Position numbers and translations under genes: made by a program. Positions 53,944 to 63,965 of a stretch of 64,000 bases of DNA are shown here, in pieces. The notes under the pieces were generated by a model. That model was not told the origin of the DNA. It did not search any database and saw only the letters and a program-made list of their open reading frames with translations. Where the stretch lies: NCBI GenBank assembly GCA_045546875.1, contig JAZQDP010000051.1, forward strand, positions 9,016-73,015, written 5' to 3'. The DNA is from Thermoguttaceae bacterium. GTDB taxonomy: Bacteria > Planctomycetota > Planctomycetia > Pirellulales > Thermoguttaceae. Within the stretch, counting starts at the first letter, position 1. The number at the start of each line of letters is the position of its first letter.

Positions 53944-53972
53944 TAGTTGCCATTCATACCGACCGTTTATTT

Positions 53973-54266
53973 ATGGCAGTTCTTTATAAATCAGCGCCAA
54001 TTTCCGTCTCGTTGCAGTTTAAGGACGGCGACGAGACGGTTGTCTATCATGAGGCGTCTGGAAGCATTCATCTAATCAACGCGTTGGGATTAAAGGTTCT
54101 CAATGCGTTGTCAGAACGCCCGTTGACGCTCAACGAGCTAATAGACGTAATTAACGCAAGAGAAATCAACACGTTTGAATCTGTACGTCAATTTTTGAAA
54201 ATCGGCGTTGAAGAAGGTCTTATAGAAAAAATCAGCGAGCCTTGCGCCGTTGTGCCGCTCCAGTAA
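53973..54266 (+). CDS. PqqD-family (RiPP recognition element-like) small protein
   Basis: 97 aa. The pattern ETVVYHEASGSIHLINALGLKVLNALSERPLTLNELIDVI...VRQFLKIGVEEGLIEKI fits the PqqD winged-helix family. Confidence 0.6.
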   Translation: MAVLYKSAPISVSLQFKDGDETVVYHEASGSIHLINALGLKVLNALSERPLTLNELIDVINAREINTFESVRQFLKIGVEEGLIEKISEPCAVVPLQ

Positions 54267-54294
54267 ATCAGCGGCGCCGCTATTATATCCCCCT

Positions 54295-55134
54295 TTATTT
54301 TCCAAAGCCTTTAAGGATTCTCAGGGCTTCTCTGCCGGCGGTGTCGGGGTCGTCTACGTAGGGGTACAGTTCAACGGTAATCCAGCCCTTGTATTCGGTT
54401 TTCTCAATGGCGTCTAAAATGGGTGGGAAGTCAATAACGCCTTCTCCGGGAACAAGGTGATGATGAACGCGCTGGGCGTTGATGTCTTCTATATGGTAGT
54501 GACGCGTGTGTTCCTTAAGCCGGTCAATCCAGTCAACCGGGTTTTGCCCAACGCAGAATGCGTGTCCGATGTCAAAATTAAGCCCTAAACGGGGACTGTC
54601 AATTCGGTCGGCAAATTCCAGGTATTGCTCGAATTTTTCAATTAACAACTGCGGTTCCGGCTCGATAAGGAGGTCAACGCCGACAGTTTGAGCCACCTCA
54701 ACACACGGCATAATTTCGTCATAGAATATATCGTACGCCTCCTGTCGCGTCATGCCGTTTGGAATGGGACCGCCGGGATTGGTTTGGATATTATGCGCCC
54801 CGAGTTGAGAAGCCAACTGCAGGCAACGCTTGGTATGCTCTCGACGAATGGCGCGGTATTCCGGAGAAGGTTCAATCCACGACGGGTGCCAGTACGGCTG
54901 TCGCGGGTCGGCAACCGCGTTCATCATAAAAGCGTTAACGTTGGAAATCGATAGCCGATAACGCTCCAGGACGCTGCGGATATGATCGATTTGAACCGGC
55001 AAAATCCCTGCAGGCCAGGCGTGCGGGACGTCTGCCAGCAGTTCAATCGCTCGATAGCCGAGCAGAGAGATTTTTTGCGCCGTTTGTTCAATGGTGTAAT
55101 TTCGATATGCGTTTGTACTGTATGCGAATTTCAT
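54295..55134 (-). CDS. sugar phosphate isomerase/epimerase (xylose isomerase-like TIM barrel)
   Basis: MKFAYSTNAYRNYTIEQ...GYRAIEL...LIEPEP...NFDIGHAF...HIED, typical of the AP endonuclease 2/TIM family. Confidence 0.8.
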   Translation of the reverse strand: MKFAYSTNAYRNYTIEQTAQKISLLGYRAIELLADVPHAWPAGILPVQIDHIRSVLERYRLSISNVNAFMMNAVADPRQPYWHPSWIEPSPEYRAIRREHTKRCLQLASQLGAHNIQTNPGGPIPNGMTRQEAYDIFYDEIMPCVEVAQTVGVDLLIEPEPQLLIEKFEQYLEFADRIDSPRLGLNFDIGHAFCVGQNPVDWIDRLKEHTRHYHIEDINAQRVHHHLVPGEGVIDFPPILDAIEKTEYKGWITVELYPYVDDPDTAGREALRILKGFGK

Positions 55135-55146
55135 TTTCTCAATGCG

Positions 55147-57021
55147 TTATTGTGGCGTTAGTATGACGTTAAATCCGCCGTCGTTTGTCATATTAGCGGT
55201 AATAGAATCAAGTGAACAAACCTCTCTTTTCTCAATGACGCATTCTAACGGCTTGTCAAGGCTTTGACGATAAACTTTTGCCGTGTACATTGGGTAATCG
55301 TCTCCCATGGCGGATTTAGAAATTTCAGACTTGAGAAAGTCGAGCGAAATCTGTAAATGTCGCGCCTGGACTGTAATGGCGCTGATAAACCAGCGATCTC
55401 CGGAACGCCGGGCGATGACAATGTATTCGCCGGGTATGCCGTCTAAAACGCGAATGTCGTCCCACGTCGTTGGCATGGCAGACCAGAACGATAATTCCGG
55501 ATAGGTTGTCTGGTTCGGGTCAAGAGGCGCGTCATACCAGTGCAAATATTGCAACGGGTTAAAAAAGATGACGCCGCAAGCCAGCTGAAAGGCGCGAGAT
55601 TTCACTCGGGAATCCAGAAAACACGGGGTAAAATCGCCCATCCCGCTAAGCGGTCGAACGTACGCCATAAAAGTTCGACTGCGTGACATTGAAGAATACG
55701 AGTCTCGGCATTCGTTGCCGGCAATGCCTTCTACCGAGACAAGATTCGGATAGGTGCGTTCCCAGCCGGTTGGACGGTAATTGTCATGAACGTTGACCAT
55801 GAGCTTATATTCCGCCGCTTTTTTAATTGCCTGATGCAGCCATTTCATATCGTCCTGAGTTTCCCAGTTGACGAATCCAAATTTTACGCCGTCAACGCCC
55901 CACTGTTTATAGGTTTTGAACGTTTCGTCCAGAGGATAATTTTTTAATTCTCTATAGTTGCAGTACAGAAAGAACTTCTGCCCTTTTTCGTGAGCGTATT
56001 TTATGGCGCCCAACAGGTCGCGGTCGCCGTCGATTTTAGTGGGGTGATCTGGAGTGGAGTCGAATTCCTTGCCGTTCCAGCCGGTGTCCCAATGAACGAA
56101 TTGGTAATTGTTAGCGGCATTGTAATCGACCCATTTATCAGAATCCGGTCGTTGACAAGAAGTGTTTCGGACGCCTTTTCCCACTTGAATCCAGGACGTA
56201 TCTTCAATCGCGCAAGGCGGACAAAGATTTTGAAGCAGATAGGCGTTCTCTATGAATCGACCTGGATTTTGGTCGATAAAAATAACGCGCCAGGGCGTTG
56301 CCAGTTCACCCGAAACGGTAACGGTTCCTTTCCGAAAAGCGGCTTGAAGAGTCCCGCGCTGCAAGGGAATCGGCTTCAAAACCATGGGAACAAAATCTTC
56401 TAAACTTCCCGCTTCGGCAATCGCGGCGTACAGCTCGTCTTTTTTAATTTCTACCACAACGGCGGGCGGCATGACAGGACACATCGACATCGGGCGAACG
56501 TCGTACGCGGATTGCGGATTGTCGGTGAAAATACAATCGTAATCTTTCGCAAAGTGGAAGGTCGTTAACTCTTTGTCTAAAATGTACTCGCCTGAGCCGC
56601 CGAAATCTTTATCCAAAATGCAACGAAACGCCACGCCTTCGTTAGCCGCGCGGACTTGAACCGTCATTTTTTCACCGGTGTACGCGATAAGAGGAATGTC
56701 CAGCTGTTTCCAGACGTTTGGATATTCAGATTTGTAACCGTGAACCGGCTTCCATGGTTTATTGTAAGCGACCACTCTCAGATCATAGTCGCTGTCCAAA
56801 CGCCATTCGGGAGCTTTTGTTTTCCCCTCAACGTTATAACCGATTTGACTGCGATGAATAATCAACACGCCTTGGTAAGTAACCGAGTAAGTCAAATTTC
56901 CATCTTCCAACGTGGTTTCAAACGACAGTTTGCCGTTTGGAGACGAGACGACAAACGTCTTGCCGTTGGCTACAGGAATCATGAACGCAGCAATAATTAA
57001 AAAGGCGAAAAAACGGTTCAT
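55147..57021 (-). CDS. glycoside hydrolase family 97
   Basis: SPNGKLSFETTLEDGNLTYSVTYQG N-terminus, GVDGVKFGFVN, and MVNVHDNYRPTGWERTYPNLVSVEGIAGNE, which parallel GH97 conserved blocks. Signal peptide present. Confidence 0.78.
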   Translation of the reverse strand: MNRFFAFLIIAAFMIPVANGKTFVVSSPNGKLSFETTLEDGNLTYSVTYQGVLIIHRSQIGYNVEGKTKAPEWRLDSDYDLRVVAYNKPWKPVHGYKSEYPNVWKQLDIPLIAYTGEKMTVQVRAANEGVAFRCILDKDFGGSGEYILDKELTTFHFAKDYDCIFTDNPQSAYDVRPMSMCPVMPPAVVVEIKKDELYAAIAEAGSLEDFVPMVLKPIPLQRGTLQAAFRKGTVTVSGELATPWRVIFIDQNPGRFIENAYLLQNLCPPCAIEDTSWIQVGKGVRNTSCQRPDSDKWVDYNAANNYQFVHWDTGWNGKEFDSTPDHPTKIDGDRDLLGAIKYAHEKGQKFFLYCNYRELKNYPLDETFKTYKQWGVDGVKFGFVNWETQDDMKWLHQAIKKAAEYKLMVNVHDNYRPTGWERTYPNLVSVEGIAGNECRDSYSSMSRSRTFMAYVRPLSGMGDFTPCFLDSRVKSRAFQLACGVIFFNPLQYLHWYDAPLDPNQTTYPELSFWSAMPTTWDDIRVLDGIPGEYIVIARRSGDRWFISAITVQARHLQISLDFLKSEISKSAMGDDYPMYTAKVYRQSLDKPLECVIEKREVCSLDSITANMTNDGGFNVILTPQ

Positions 57022-57057
57022 AACGTTGCCTGCTTTGATTTGTTAATTGGATCTGTG

Positions 57058-59649
57058 TTATCTCTTCTTTTTCCGGTTGCGACGCTGTCGCGGGGATTCA
57101 TCCTGTTGTTGCTGGTTTTCCTCGTCTTTTTTACCGAAAACATTCAAAGCGGAACCCCAGGATTTAAGGACGTTCATCGGATCGTCGTCTTCCGGTCGAT
57201 GGCGAGGCGCTTTTTTCTTTTGATTGGATTTCCAGTTATTGGCTTCGTCTTGAATCAGTTCCTGATCAACCAGTTCTTTTGGTAAAAACTGTCGCTCTGC
57301 CACGCCCCATAAAGTTGAGGCGATAAAGTAAATGCACAATCCCGCAGCAACCTTAAAGAACATCAGCCCCATAAAAATCATCATGAAGGTCATAATTCTT
57401 TGCTGCATTCGCGCCTGGTCGTCTGCAGGAGGCGGCATCATTATTTTTTGCTGAACTAAAAACAGAGCAATCGTTGCCATCGGCAACAGGTTAAAGTACG
57501 GTCCCAAACCAAACATGCCATATCCAGACGTAATAAACTGCGGCGCCCACGACGTCCAGTCCAATAACATGTCTGGCGATGCCAGGTTTGAACAGAATCG
57601 GCATGCGGAACCAAACATGGACGCCTGACGAAGTTCGATGTCTATCATCAAAGCGCGGTATAACGCCATAAAAATCGGGATTTGGATAAATATAACCAAA
57701 CAGCCGGACGCGGGGTTATAGTTATGTTTACGGAACAGTTCCTGCTGTGCTTTCATCTGCTCTTGCGGATCAGAATATTTTTCTTTGATCTTTGCCATTT
57801 CAGGCTGGAGTTTTTGCATTTTCAAAGCGCCGATAGCCTGTTTTCTGGATAACGGGTGAAGAGCCAATCGGACGACGGCGGTTAAAAGCAAAATGGCAAT
57901 GCCGTAGTTTGGAATGATGGAATAGAAAAAGTGCAGCAATCCGACCAACGGTACGGCAATCCATCCAAACCATCCATAATAAATAACGCCGTCAACCCCG
58001 TATTCTTTCATCAATGAGGGCTTGCGCGGACCAATAAAGACGGTAAACTTCTGAGTTAGTTCCGCTCCGGGATTTAACGTTTCCGTGTTGCTGTAGGCGC
58101 GGAACGAGCAGTTTGTTCTGGTTGGCCATTTTGGGTCAACGGAACTGACGCGCAAGGGTTGAAGCTTGGCAAACTTGAATTTCTCCTCGTTTGACAGCTT
58201 TTCCGGAATCAGGTAAGAGCCAAAATACGCGGCGTCGACGCCAGTGTACGCCAAGGCAAGGTTCTTAACATCGTCCCATTTATCTTGAGCAATGCTTTGG
58301 CAAGAGACCATTACAGGTCGAGTGTTAGCGTCTTCTTTATAAACCATATCGCGCAAGCCGACGCCGCTCCATGTTGTCCAAACTTTGTGGGTGTACCAAT
58401 ACCCTTCCAAAGGAAGACCTGTTGGACCGTCTAGCCGATATGCTGTTTTTCGGACGTTTTTACCAACGTTTTTAATCGAAATGGTCATATTGACGTGATA
58501 ACCGGAATCGACGTTGTTGGGGTCTGTTTCAACGAGTTCAAACGTCTTGTAAACCTCTAAACCGTATCGAGGAATTGGGAACTTGAAAACCACTTTGTTC
58601 TGAGTGGATTCTGCAATGTCCCAGACGCCGTTTCGCATATCGACGTTTGGCAATTCCCGATTGAGGTAACTTTGCAACTTGATTTGATTTCTTTGAGCGT
58701 CTGCCGCCAGAGTAGAGAATGCTGGAAGGACGTCGGAAACGGTCGCGTTGTCGATTTGCTGCAAGGTCATGAGGAACGAGAGCGGGTTGCCCTGCCCGGC
58801 GTTGTCAAACTCTTCCGGACGAATAACCGCCATCGGCGCGCTGCGTAACGTTGTTTCTTTAAGTTTAACCGTCTTTCCGCTGCGGTTGACCGTTATCGTA
58901 ACTTTATCGCCGGGGGACGACGATTTAAGAAATTCGTTAAACTGCTTGCGATTTGCGATATCTTTCTCGTTGCACTTGACGATTTCGTCTGCAACCTGCA
59001 ATCCCGCCGCCTGAGCCGGGGTTCCGGCTGGAACGACGGCAACAACGCACTTGTCAGCCAGAGGGTTTGAAGCTAACGGCGCCGCGCCCTGTTTTGCCTC
59101 TTCCGCCTGAGCGATAAGGGCTTTCAAATCGATGCCGGGAGTTGGAACTTCGGCAAAAACGTTGCCGAAATACCCGGCGTTCTGATAAACGTACCCTTCT
59201 TTATCGAAGACGTCCAAATACTTTGGAGAGTTGAGTTCCGCGTACGCCATTGCCGCCCCTTTGCTGGTAAACGTCAACAACAGCTTGTATTTGCTGGCAT
59301 TGTCCAGCGACCCCAACGCGACCCATTGCTCTGGTTTAGCAGGTTCCGGTTCCGGAGCCGTTTGAGGCTGCGCTTGCTCGGTTTGCGCGGTTGCGTTAGA
59401 AGCGTCGGGGCTGGGCTGTTCCGCCGCTGGGGCTGCCGGCGCCGACGACGCGTTCCAACCCTCTTCTTCCGTAATTGGAACGTTAGAAGGAGCGGCAATC
59501 TCTTCCGGAGTGCCCTGCTCTGCCGGTTTTTCCGGTTTGGGAGTAAAATAGTTTAAAATCCAGAACGTTATCAGGAAGATAATAAGAAAGGTAATAACGG
59601 AATTAATCGGATTGGGCTGTTGCTGTCCCGGAGGGGTAATGGCTTGCAT
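57058..59649 (-). CDS. yidC: membrane protein insertase YidC (long form with a PDZ-like insert)
   Basis: C-terminal core MQKLQPEMAKIKEKYSDPQEQMKAQQELFRKHNYNPASGCL...IPIFMALY. The periplasmic region contains VVPAGTPAQAAGLQVADEIVKCNEKDI...PGDKVTITVNRSGKTVKL. Confidence 0.88.
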   Translation of the reverse strand: MQAITPPGQQQPNPINSVITFLIIFLITFWILNYFTPKPEKPAEQGTPEEIAAPSNVPITEEEGWNASSAPAAPAAEQPSPDASNATAQTEQAQPQTAPEPEPAKPEQWVALGSLDNASKYKLLLTFTSKGAAMAYAELNSPKYLDVFDKEGYVYQNAGYFGNVFAEVPTPGIDLKALIAQAEEAKQGAAPLASNPLADKCVVAVVPAGTPAQAAGLQVADEIVKCNEKDIANRKQFNEFLKSSSPGDKVTITVNRSGKTVKLKETTLRSAPMAVIRPEEFDNAGQGNPLSFLMTLQQIDNATVSDVLPAFSTLAADAQRNQIKLQSYLNRELPNVDMRNGVWDIAESTQNKVVFKFPIPRYGLEVYKTFELVETDPNNVDSGYHVNMTISIKNVGKNVRKTAYRLDGPTGLPLEGYWYTHKVWTTWSGVGLRDMVYKEDANTRPVMVSCQSIAQDKWDDVKNLALAYTGVDAAYFGSYLIPEKLSNEEKFKFAKLQPLRVSSVDPKWPTRTNCSFRAYSNTETLNPGAELTQKFTVFIGPRKPSLMKEYGVDGVIYYGWFGWIAVPLVGLLHFFYSIIPNYGIAILLLTAVVRLALHPLSRKQAIGALKMQKLQPEMAKIKEKYSDPQEQMKAQQELFRKHNYNPASGCLVIFIQIPIFMALYRALMIDIELRQASMFGSACRFCSNLASPDMLLDWTSWAPQFITSGYGMFGLGPYFNLLPMATIALFLVQQKIMMPPPADDQARMQQRIMTFMMIFMGLMFFKVAAGLCIYFIASTLWGVAERQFLPKELVDQELIQDEANNWKSNQKKKAPRHRPEDDDPMNVLKSWGSALNVFGKKDEENQQQQDESPRQRRNRKKKR

Positions 59650-59747
59650 ATTAGGATAAATAAAGGGTTAATTGACAAATATAATTGAAATTTAGATGAT
59701 TTAAGGGGCGGGGAATGTCAAACGCCCATTCGCCCCAATTCAACGAA

Positions 59748-60506
59748 TTATCGACCTTCGGTGAGTCGTTCCGCCAGGAAATTGTCCAAGTCTGAAATTT
59801 GAGCGATCTTGGCGGCGGTTGCGCTGTAGTCGTATTCCAAACGGCGGTACGTAACCGTTTGATCTTCAAAAATAACGTAACAAGCGCGGTTGTCGTTGTC
59901 TCGAGGCTGACCGACAGACCCAACGTTAATCATATACTTGGAATTAGGATCAAGTTCGCGAACAGAGCCAAAATCTTCCGGACTGTGGAATCGATACGGA
60001 TTTTCGGTAAAAATACCCGGTACGTGCGTGTGCCCCTGAAATGCAATCCATTGAATTAAAGAGAAAATCTTTTCCAGCTTCCGTTCATGATAGACGTCTT
60101 CGGGGAAAACGTATTCATTGAGCGGGTTTCTGGCAGAGCCGTGAACAAAGATCATTTTGTCTTCGAGATAGTTTCTGTTCAGATTGCCAAGGAAATCCCA
60201 GCGCGCGTCTCGGACGTCAACCGGGTCGCATGGTTTTTGAAGCTCTTCTCGAGTCCAAAAAATCGCCTGTTCAGCGCACGCGTTGAATCCGTCCGGATTA
60301 TAAATCGCGCCGTGGTCGTGGTTGCCCATAATGCAGACAGAACAGGAGTTGCGAATAATATCCAAACATTCTCTCGGGTTGGGGCCGTATCCAACGACGT
60401 CGCCCAAGCAGATGACGCTGTCAACTTTTTGGGATTCGATATCCGCCATAACGGTGGTTAGGGCTTCTAAATTGCTATGAATATCGCTAATAATGGCTCT
60501 TTTCAC
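59748..60506 (-). CDS. metallophosphoesterase (YfcE/MJ0936-like)
   Basis: GTG at 60506 preceded by AAAGGA. Motifs AIISDIHSN, CLGDVVGYGP, IMGNHD and GHTH. Confidence 0.82.
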   Translation of the reverse strand: MKRAIISDIHSNLEALTTVMADIESQKVDSVICLGDVVGYGPNPRECLDIIRNSCSVCIMGNHDHGAIYNPDGFNACAEQAIFWTREELQKPCDPVDVRDARWDFLGNLNRNYLEDKMIFVHGSARNPLNEYVFPEDVYHERKLEKIFSLIQWIAFQGHTHVPGIFTENPYRFHSPEDFGSVRELDPNSKYMINVGSVGQPRDNDNRACYVIFEDQTVTYRRLEYDYSATAAKIAQISDLDNFLAERLTEGR

Positions 60507-60801
60507 GGGTATATCCTTTGAAACCAAAATAATCAGGAAAGCGCCCAAATCTTGAAACAGTCTGGATGTTTTAGTGTTGCGCCAATACAACTTCCAGTTC
60601 TGAATCTTTAACTAAAGCGGCTCTATTTACACTTTGCACTATATTATAATTATAACCAAAATAAAAACTTTGTCAGACCCCCCCTTGTTATTTTATATAT
60701 TTTTTAAAAATATAATAAACGATTCCTCTGATTGTACCGTTTATGGGAAAATAGGAAATGTTGCGGAACTTTGCCGAAAAAAATTTCAAAAAGTGATTAT
60801 A

Positions 60802-61488
60802 ATGAACAGCATTGCCCTTGAAACGACAGAAAAATCCGCCTCGGTTGCGATTTTTGAAAACGAGAGTATAATATATTATGCTCAGTTACCGTTAGAAATC
60901 CGCTCCGCGCAGTCCCTTGCGCCGGGCGTCAAAGAGGCGTTGACGCAAACCGGATTGGCGCCCAGTCAGATACAACTTGTAGCCGTCGCGCAGGGTCCCG
61001 GCTCGTTTACCGGACTTCGCGTTGGCGTTGTTTCAGCCAAAACGTTCGCATGGGCGGTTAACGCCGATATTATTGGCGTAAATTCCATGGAAGTATGCGC
61101 GTTCGAGGCTCCGAAAGACGTCAGCAAGATTTCTGTCGCCTTTGACTGCCAGCGGGGACAAGTGATTTTTCAGGATTTTGACCGCATGCCTGATGGCGCG
61201 TTCAGCCCTGTTAGCGACGAAAAGACGCTTGCGTGGCGGGATTGGCTGGCTCAAACCGAACAGACGCGGTGGCTATCAGGTCCGTACGTGAGCCGAATCG
61301 ACCCTGCCCTGTTAGAGAATCGGTTGGTAGTCGCTCAGGAATGCCGCGAACCAAACGCTAAAGGCGTTGGGGCGTTGGCGATTCGCTTGTATCAAGCTGG
61401 AAGAAAAGACGTGTTGTGGGACTTGGTTCCGCACTACAGCCGCCCTGCCGCCGCGGAAGAAAAAAGAATGGGGCAAAAAATCAATTAG
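60802..61488 (+). CDS. tsaB: tRNA t6A biosynthesis protein TsaB
   Basis: MNSIALETTEKSASVAIFE...VAVAQGPGSFTGLRVGVVSAKTFAW. Start moved to the ATG at 60802. Confidence 0.82.
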   Translation: MNSIALETTEKSASVAIFENESIIYYAQLPLEIRSAQSLAPGVKEALTQTGLAPSQIQLVAVAQGPGSFTGLRVGVVSAKTFAWAVNADIIGVNSMEVCAFEAPKDVSKISVAFDCQRGQVIFQDFDRMPDGAFSPVSDEKTLAWRDWLAQTEQTRWLSGPYVSRIDPALLENRLVVAQECREPNAKGVGALAIRLYQAGRKDVLWDLVPHYSRPAAAEEKRMGQKIN

Positions 61489-61500
61489 GAATGCGAAATC

Positions 61501-61532
61501 AGGAGATTTCAAGTAGAAAAAGTATAAAATCC
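61501..61532 (+). repeat. box-2-only copy of the intergenic repeat (copy D)
   Basis: AGGAGATTTCAAGTAGAAAAAGTATAAAATCC. The 19-mer TTTCAAGTAGAAAAAGTAT is identical to copy A. Confidence 0.5.
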
Positions 61533-61563
61533 TGTCGCAAATCATAACTCGCAATTGTAACAA

Positions 61564-62379
61564 ATGGACATAATCGCCTTTTATCGACGCTCGTTACGCT
61601 GGTTCGTCTATTGGATATTATTCCTCGGGACGGTTCTGGCGATAACCCTGTTTTGGCGTCGCATGGCAAACGGGTTCCCGGTAATGAGCTGGCAGCTTCC
61701 GTTGGTTATGTTGATTTTTGTGGGCGTATCGGCTCTGTTGCGCGGCGCGGTTTACATCGCGTTTAAGAACGAATCTAAAACGTGCCAAAGAATAGGGCTG
61801 TTTCTCGTTCCCGTTGAATTGCTTCTTCTAACCGGCGTCTGCCGAACGGAAGCGTTGCCGGAATTTTATTTAACTGTTATAATTGCGTTTCTTTTTCATT
61901 ACGTCTTTTGGTTTTGGAGCTATGACGAATCCTGTTCAAACGCGTCTGTTTCGATTGAGAACAGGATTGACCAGCCAGACGAGTCTGACAAGGATTTAGA
62001 ACTCTATATGACGTCTGAAGACGAGGAATCGGAAGAAGATGATTTTGAGGCTCTTTATCCGGCGGACGTTTATCAGCAATGGACTCGTCAAATCGGATCA
62101 GAGGGCGAAGATATTCAAACCGGCTGGTTTCGCGTTTCTTTTGCCGCTCAGCAGAGACGCGCCTGCGTCAATGCCGCGTTCTGCCCGCCGTTTGAAGCCG
62201 TCCCTGAAACGGAGCTTGAAATTATCGACGGGGCGGAATTAGCTGCAACTGTAAGCGCCTGCTATCCTCACGGCGCGAGGATTGAATTAAAATTGTCTGT
62301 CCCATCGCCATTAGAACAAACCGCTCTAATAAGATTTACGGCAAAGTGCGAGAAGGTTAATGAGCGCATTGGAGAATGA
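61564..62379 (+). CDS. hypothetical membrane protein with acidic linker
   Basis: Four N-terminal TM helices, an acidic stretch SEDEESEEDDFE, and a C-terminal soluble domain. Confidence 0.55.
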   Translation: MDIIAFYRRSLRWFVYWILFLGTVLAITLFWRRMANGFPVMSWQLPLVMLIFVGVSALLRGAVYIAFKNESKTCQRIGLFLVPVELLLLTGVCRTEALPEFYLTVIIAFLFHYVFWFWSYDESCSNASVSIENRIDQPDESDKDLELYMTSEDEESEEDDFEALYPADVYQQWTRQIGSEGEDIQTGWFRVSFAAQQRRACVNAAFCPPFEAVPETELEIIDGAELAATVSACYPHGARIELKLSVPSPLEQTALIRFTAKCEKVNERIGE

Positions 62380-62390
62380 CAGAGTTTTCG

Positions 62391-63326
62391 TTATTCTTGT
62401 TTGACTTTCTCAAAGATTTCGTCTGCGGTTAAGCTACCGATAGGAAACCGTTCCATAGAGGTTGACGAGATAGCATATTCTCCTTTGACCAAGTCAACGA
62501 ACATGGTAAACTGTCCCTCGTCTCCCATGTAATATTCTGGATCTTTGGAACGAAACAACTCCAGCAGTTCAAGCTGTTCCAAAGCAAGGTTGTCAAAAAT
62601 GACGCTTTCAAGGTTCAACTCCTGAATTATATAATCGTATTCGTCCTGAAAAAAGAACTTCACATCTTCAATGTTTTTCTGAATGACTTTATCTCTATGC
62701 TGTTTATATTCCAAACCTCTTCTAATTGGTTTGAACCCCAGCAGGAGAACCTGGGGAGAATAAAACCGCTGAGCCAGTCTCTGGATATAGTCGAGAGTAT
62801 GTATCCCAAGGATTAAGTGACATATCGCCGTCGGCAGTTCAGCAAGAGCATTCTTGAGAACTTCTTCATCCTCTGGAGAAAGCCGCTCATTGGGCGCCGG
62901 CATGGACACGCCAACGCCATAGATTAACTTTTCCTGTGTAAGCTTTTGAATTCTCTCCCGTTGCTGAATCAAATCCCGCCAGTTTACTGTTATTGACGGG
63001 ATGAATTGACGCTCCTTGCAGAATGCAAGAAAAGAGTCGAATTCCGGATGCAAAAGTGGGTTGCCGCCGCCAATAGCAAGCTCCGTATAGGGATGAATGG
63101 AATCCAAAAACGACTTGTATCGGGCAAAGTCCGCATGCTCTCCCGTTGGCGAAGACGCCTCGTGACAATACGGGCAGTTATGCAAACATTGATTCGTAAT
63201 TTTAATATCGGCGGACTCAAAACGAGTCGGAACAAAGGGTTCCCCGTTATTGACTCGAATCTTGGTTCCGTCGTCAAGAATCAGGACGCGATAATTTCCG
63301 TTTGTGTATTTTGCTAATACCGCCAT
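62391..63326 (-). CDS. radical SAM protein (subfamily not recognised)
   Basis: CxxxCxxC cluster motif ITNQCLHNCPYCHE, plus GGGNPL. Confidence 0.75.
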   Translation of the reverse strand: MAVLAKYTNGNYRVLILDDGTKIRVNNGEPFVPTRFESADIKITNQCLHNCPYCHEASSPTGEHADFARYKSFLDSIHPYTELAIGGGNPLLHPEFDSFLAFCKERQFIPSITVNWRDLIQQRERIQKLTQEKLIYGVGVSMPAPNERLSPEDEEVLKNALAELPTAICHLILGIHTLDYIQRLAQRFYSPQVLLLGFKPIRRGLEYKQHRDKVIQKNIEDVKFFFQDEYDYIIQELNLESVIFDNLALEQLELLELFRSKDPEYYMGDEGQFTMFVDLVKGEYAISSTSMERFPIGSLTADEIFEKVKQE

Positions 63327-63357
63327 ATTAAATCGTTTACTGTTTCAAAAGCTGAAG

Positions 63358-63945
63358 CTATTCTTCAACATAAAACCAACCGTCTCCTTTGAGAGACTTA
63401 AAAACTTTATAATAGGCTGCATTCTCTTTGTGACACGCCCATAAAAGTCCATCGTCTCCAGTCCAAATTTCAATTTTGGGATTAAAAATAACCTCTTCTG
63501 CTGAAAAGCCGCCGCGATTTTGAAGCATTCCAGCAAGCGTTTTAGAATCAAAATCGATTGACTGAGCATCTATCGCTCCATGTATTATTCTGGTTGGATA
63601 AAGGATGCGTGAAAAACGTCGAACAATAATTTCATTCAAAATACGGTAGCCATCCGTTTTCAAGAAATCATGTATAGTAGCGTCTTCATCTTCAATGAGT
63701 CCCAATTCTCGTGTCTTAACATACGTTAAAAGATAAGACATCTTTTCATATTCAGAATTGAGAACTTCAAAATAACTTCTATATTGTTGCAACTTAACAG
63801 GAATAAAAGGCGTGTCGTTAGGGGAAAGGTGGTTGATTTTGCTAATTTTGCCCGTCTTGCGAAGTACAAAACAATGCGCAGAGCTGCTGTTTGTTTCAAA
63901 AACTCCGTTTCGAATGCAATAATTTAAGTTTTTAACAATGTACAT
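63358..63945 (-). CDS. hypothetical protein (ETNSSSAH motif)
   Basis: 195-aa ORF directly upstream of the radical SAM gene. N-terminal GVFETNSSSAHCF. Ends GDGWFYVEE. Confidence 0.55.
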   Translation of the reverse strand: MYIVKNLNYCIRNGVFETNSSSAHCFVLRKTGKISKINHLSPNDTPFIPVKLQQYRSYFEVLNSEYEKMSYLLTYVKTRELGLIEDEDATIHDFLKTDGYRILNEIIVRRFSRILYPTRIIHGAIDAQSIDFDSKTLAGMLQNRGGFSAEEVIFNPKIEIWTGDDGLLWACHKENAAYYKVFKSLKGDGWFYVEE

Positions 63946-63965
63946 CGTTTTTTGCTCTATTGGCC

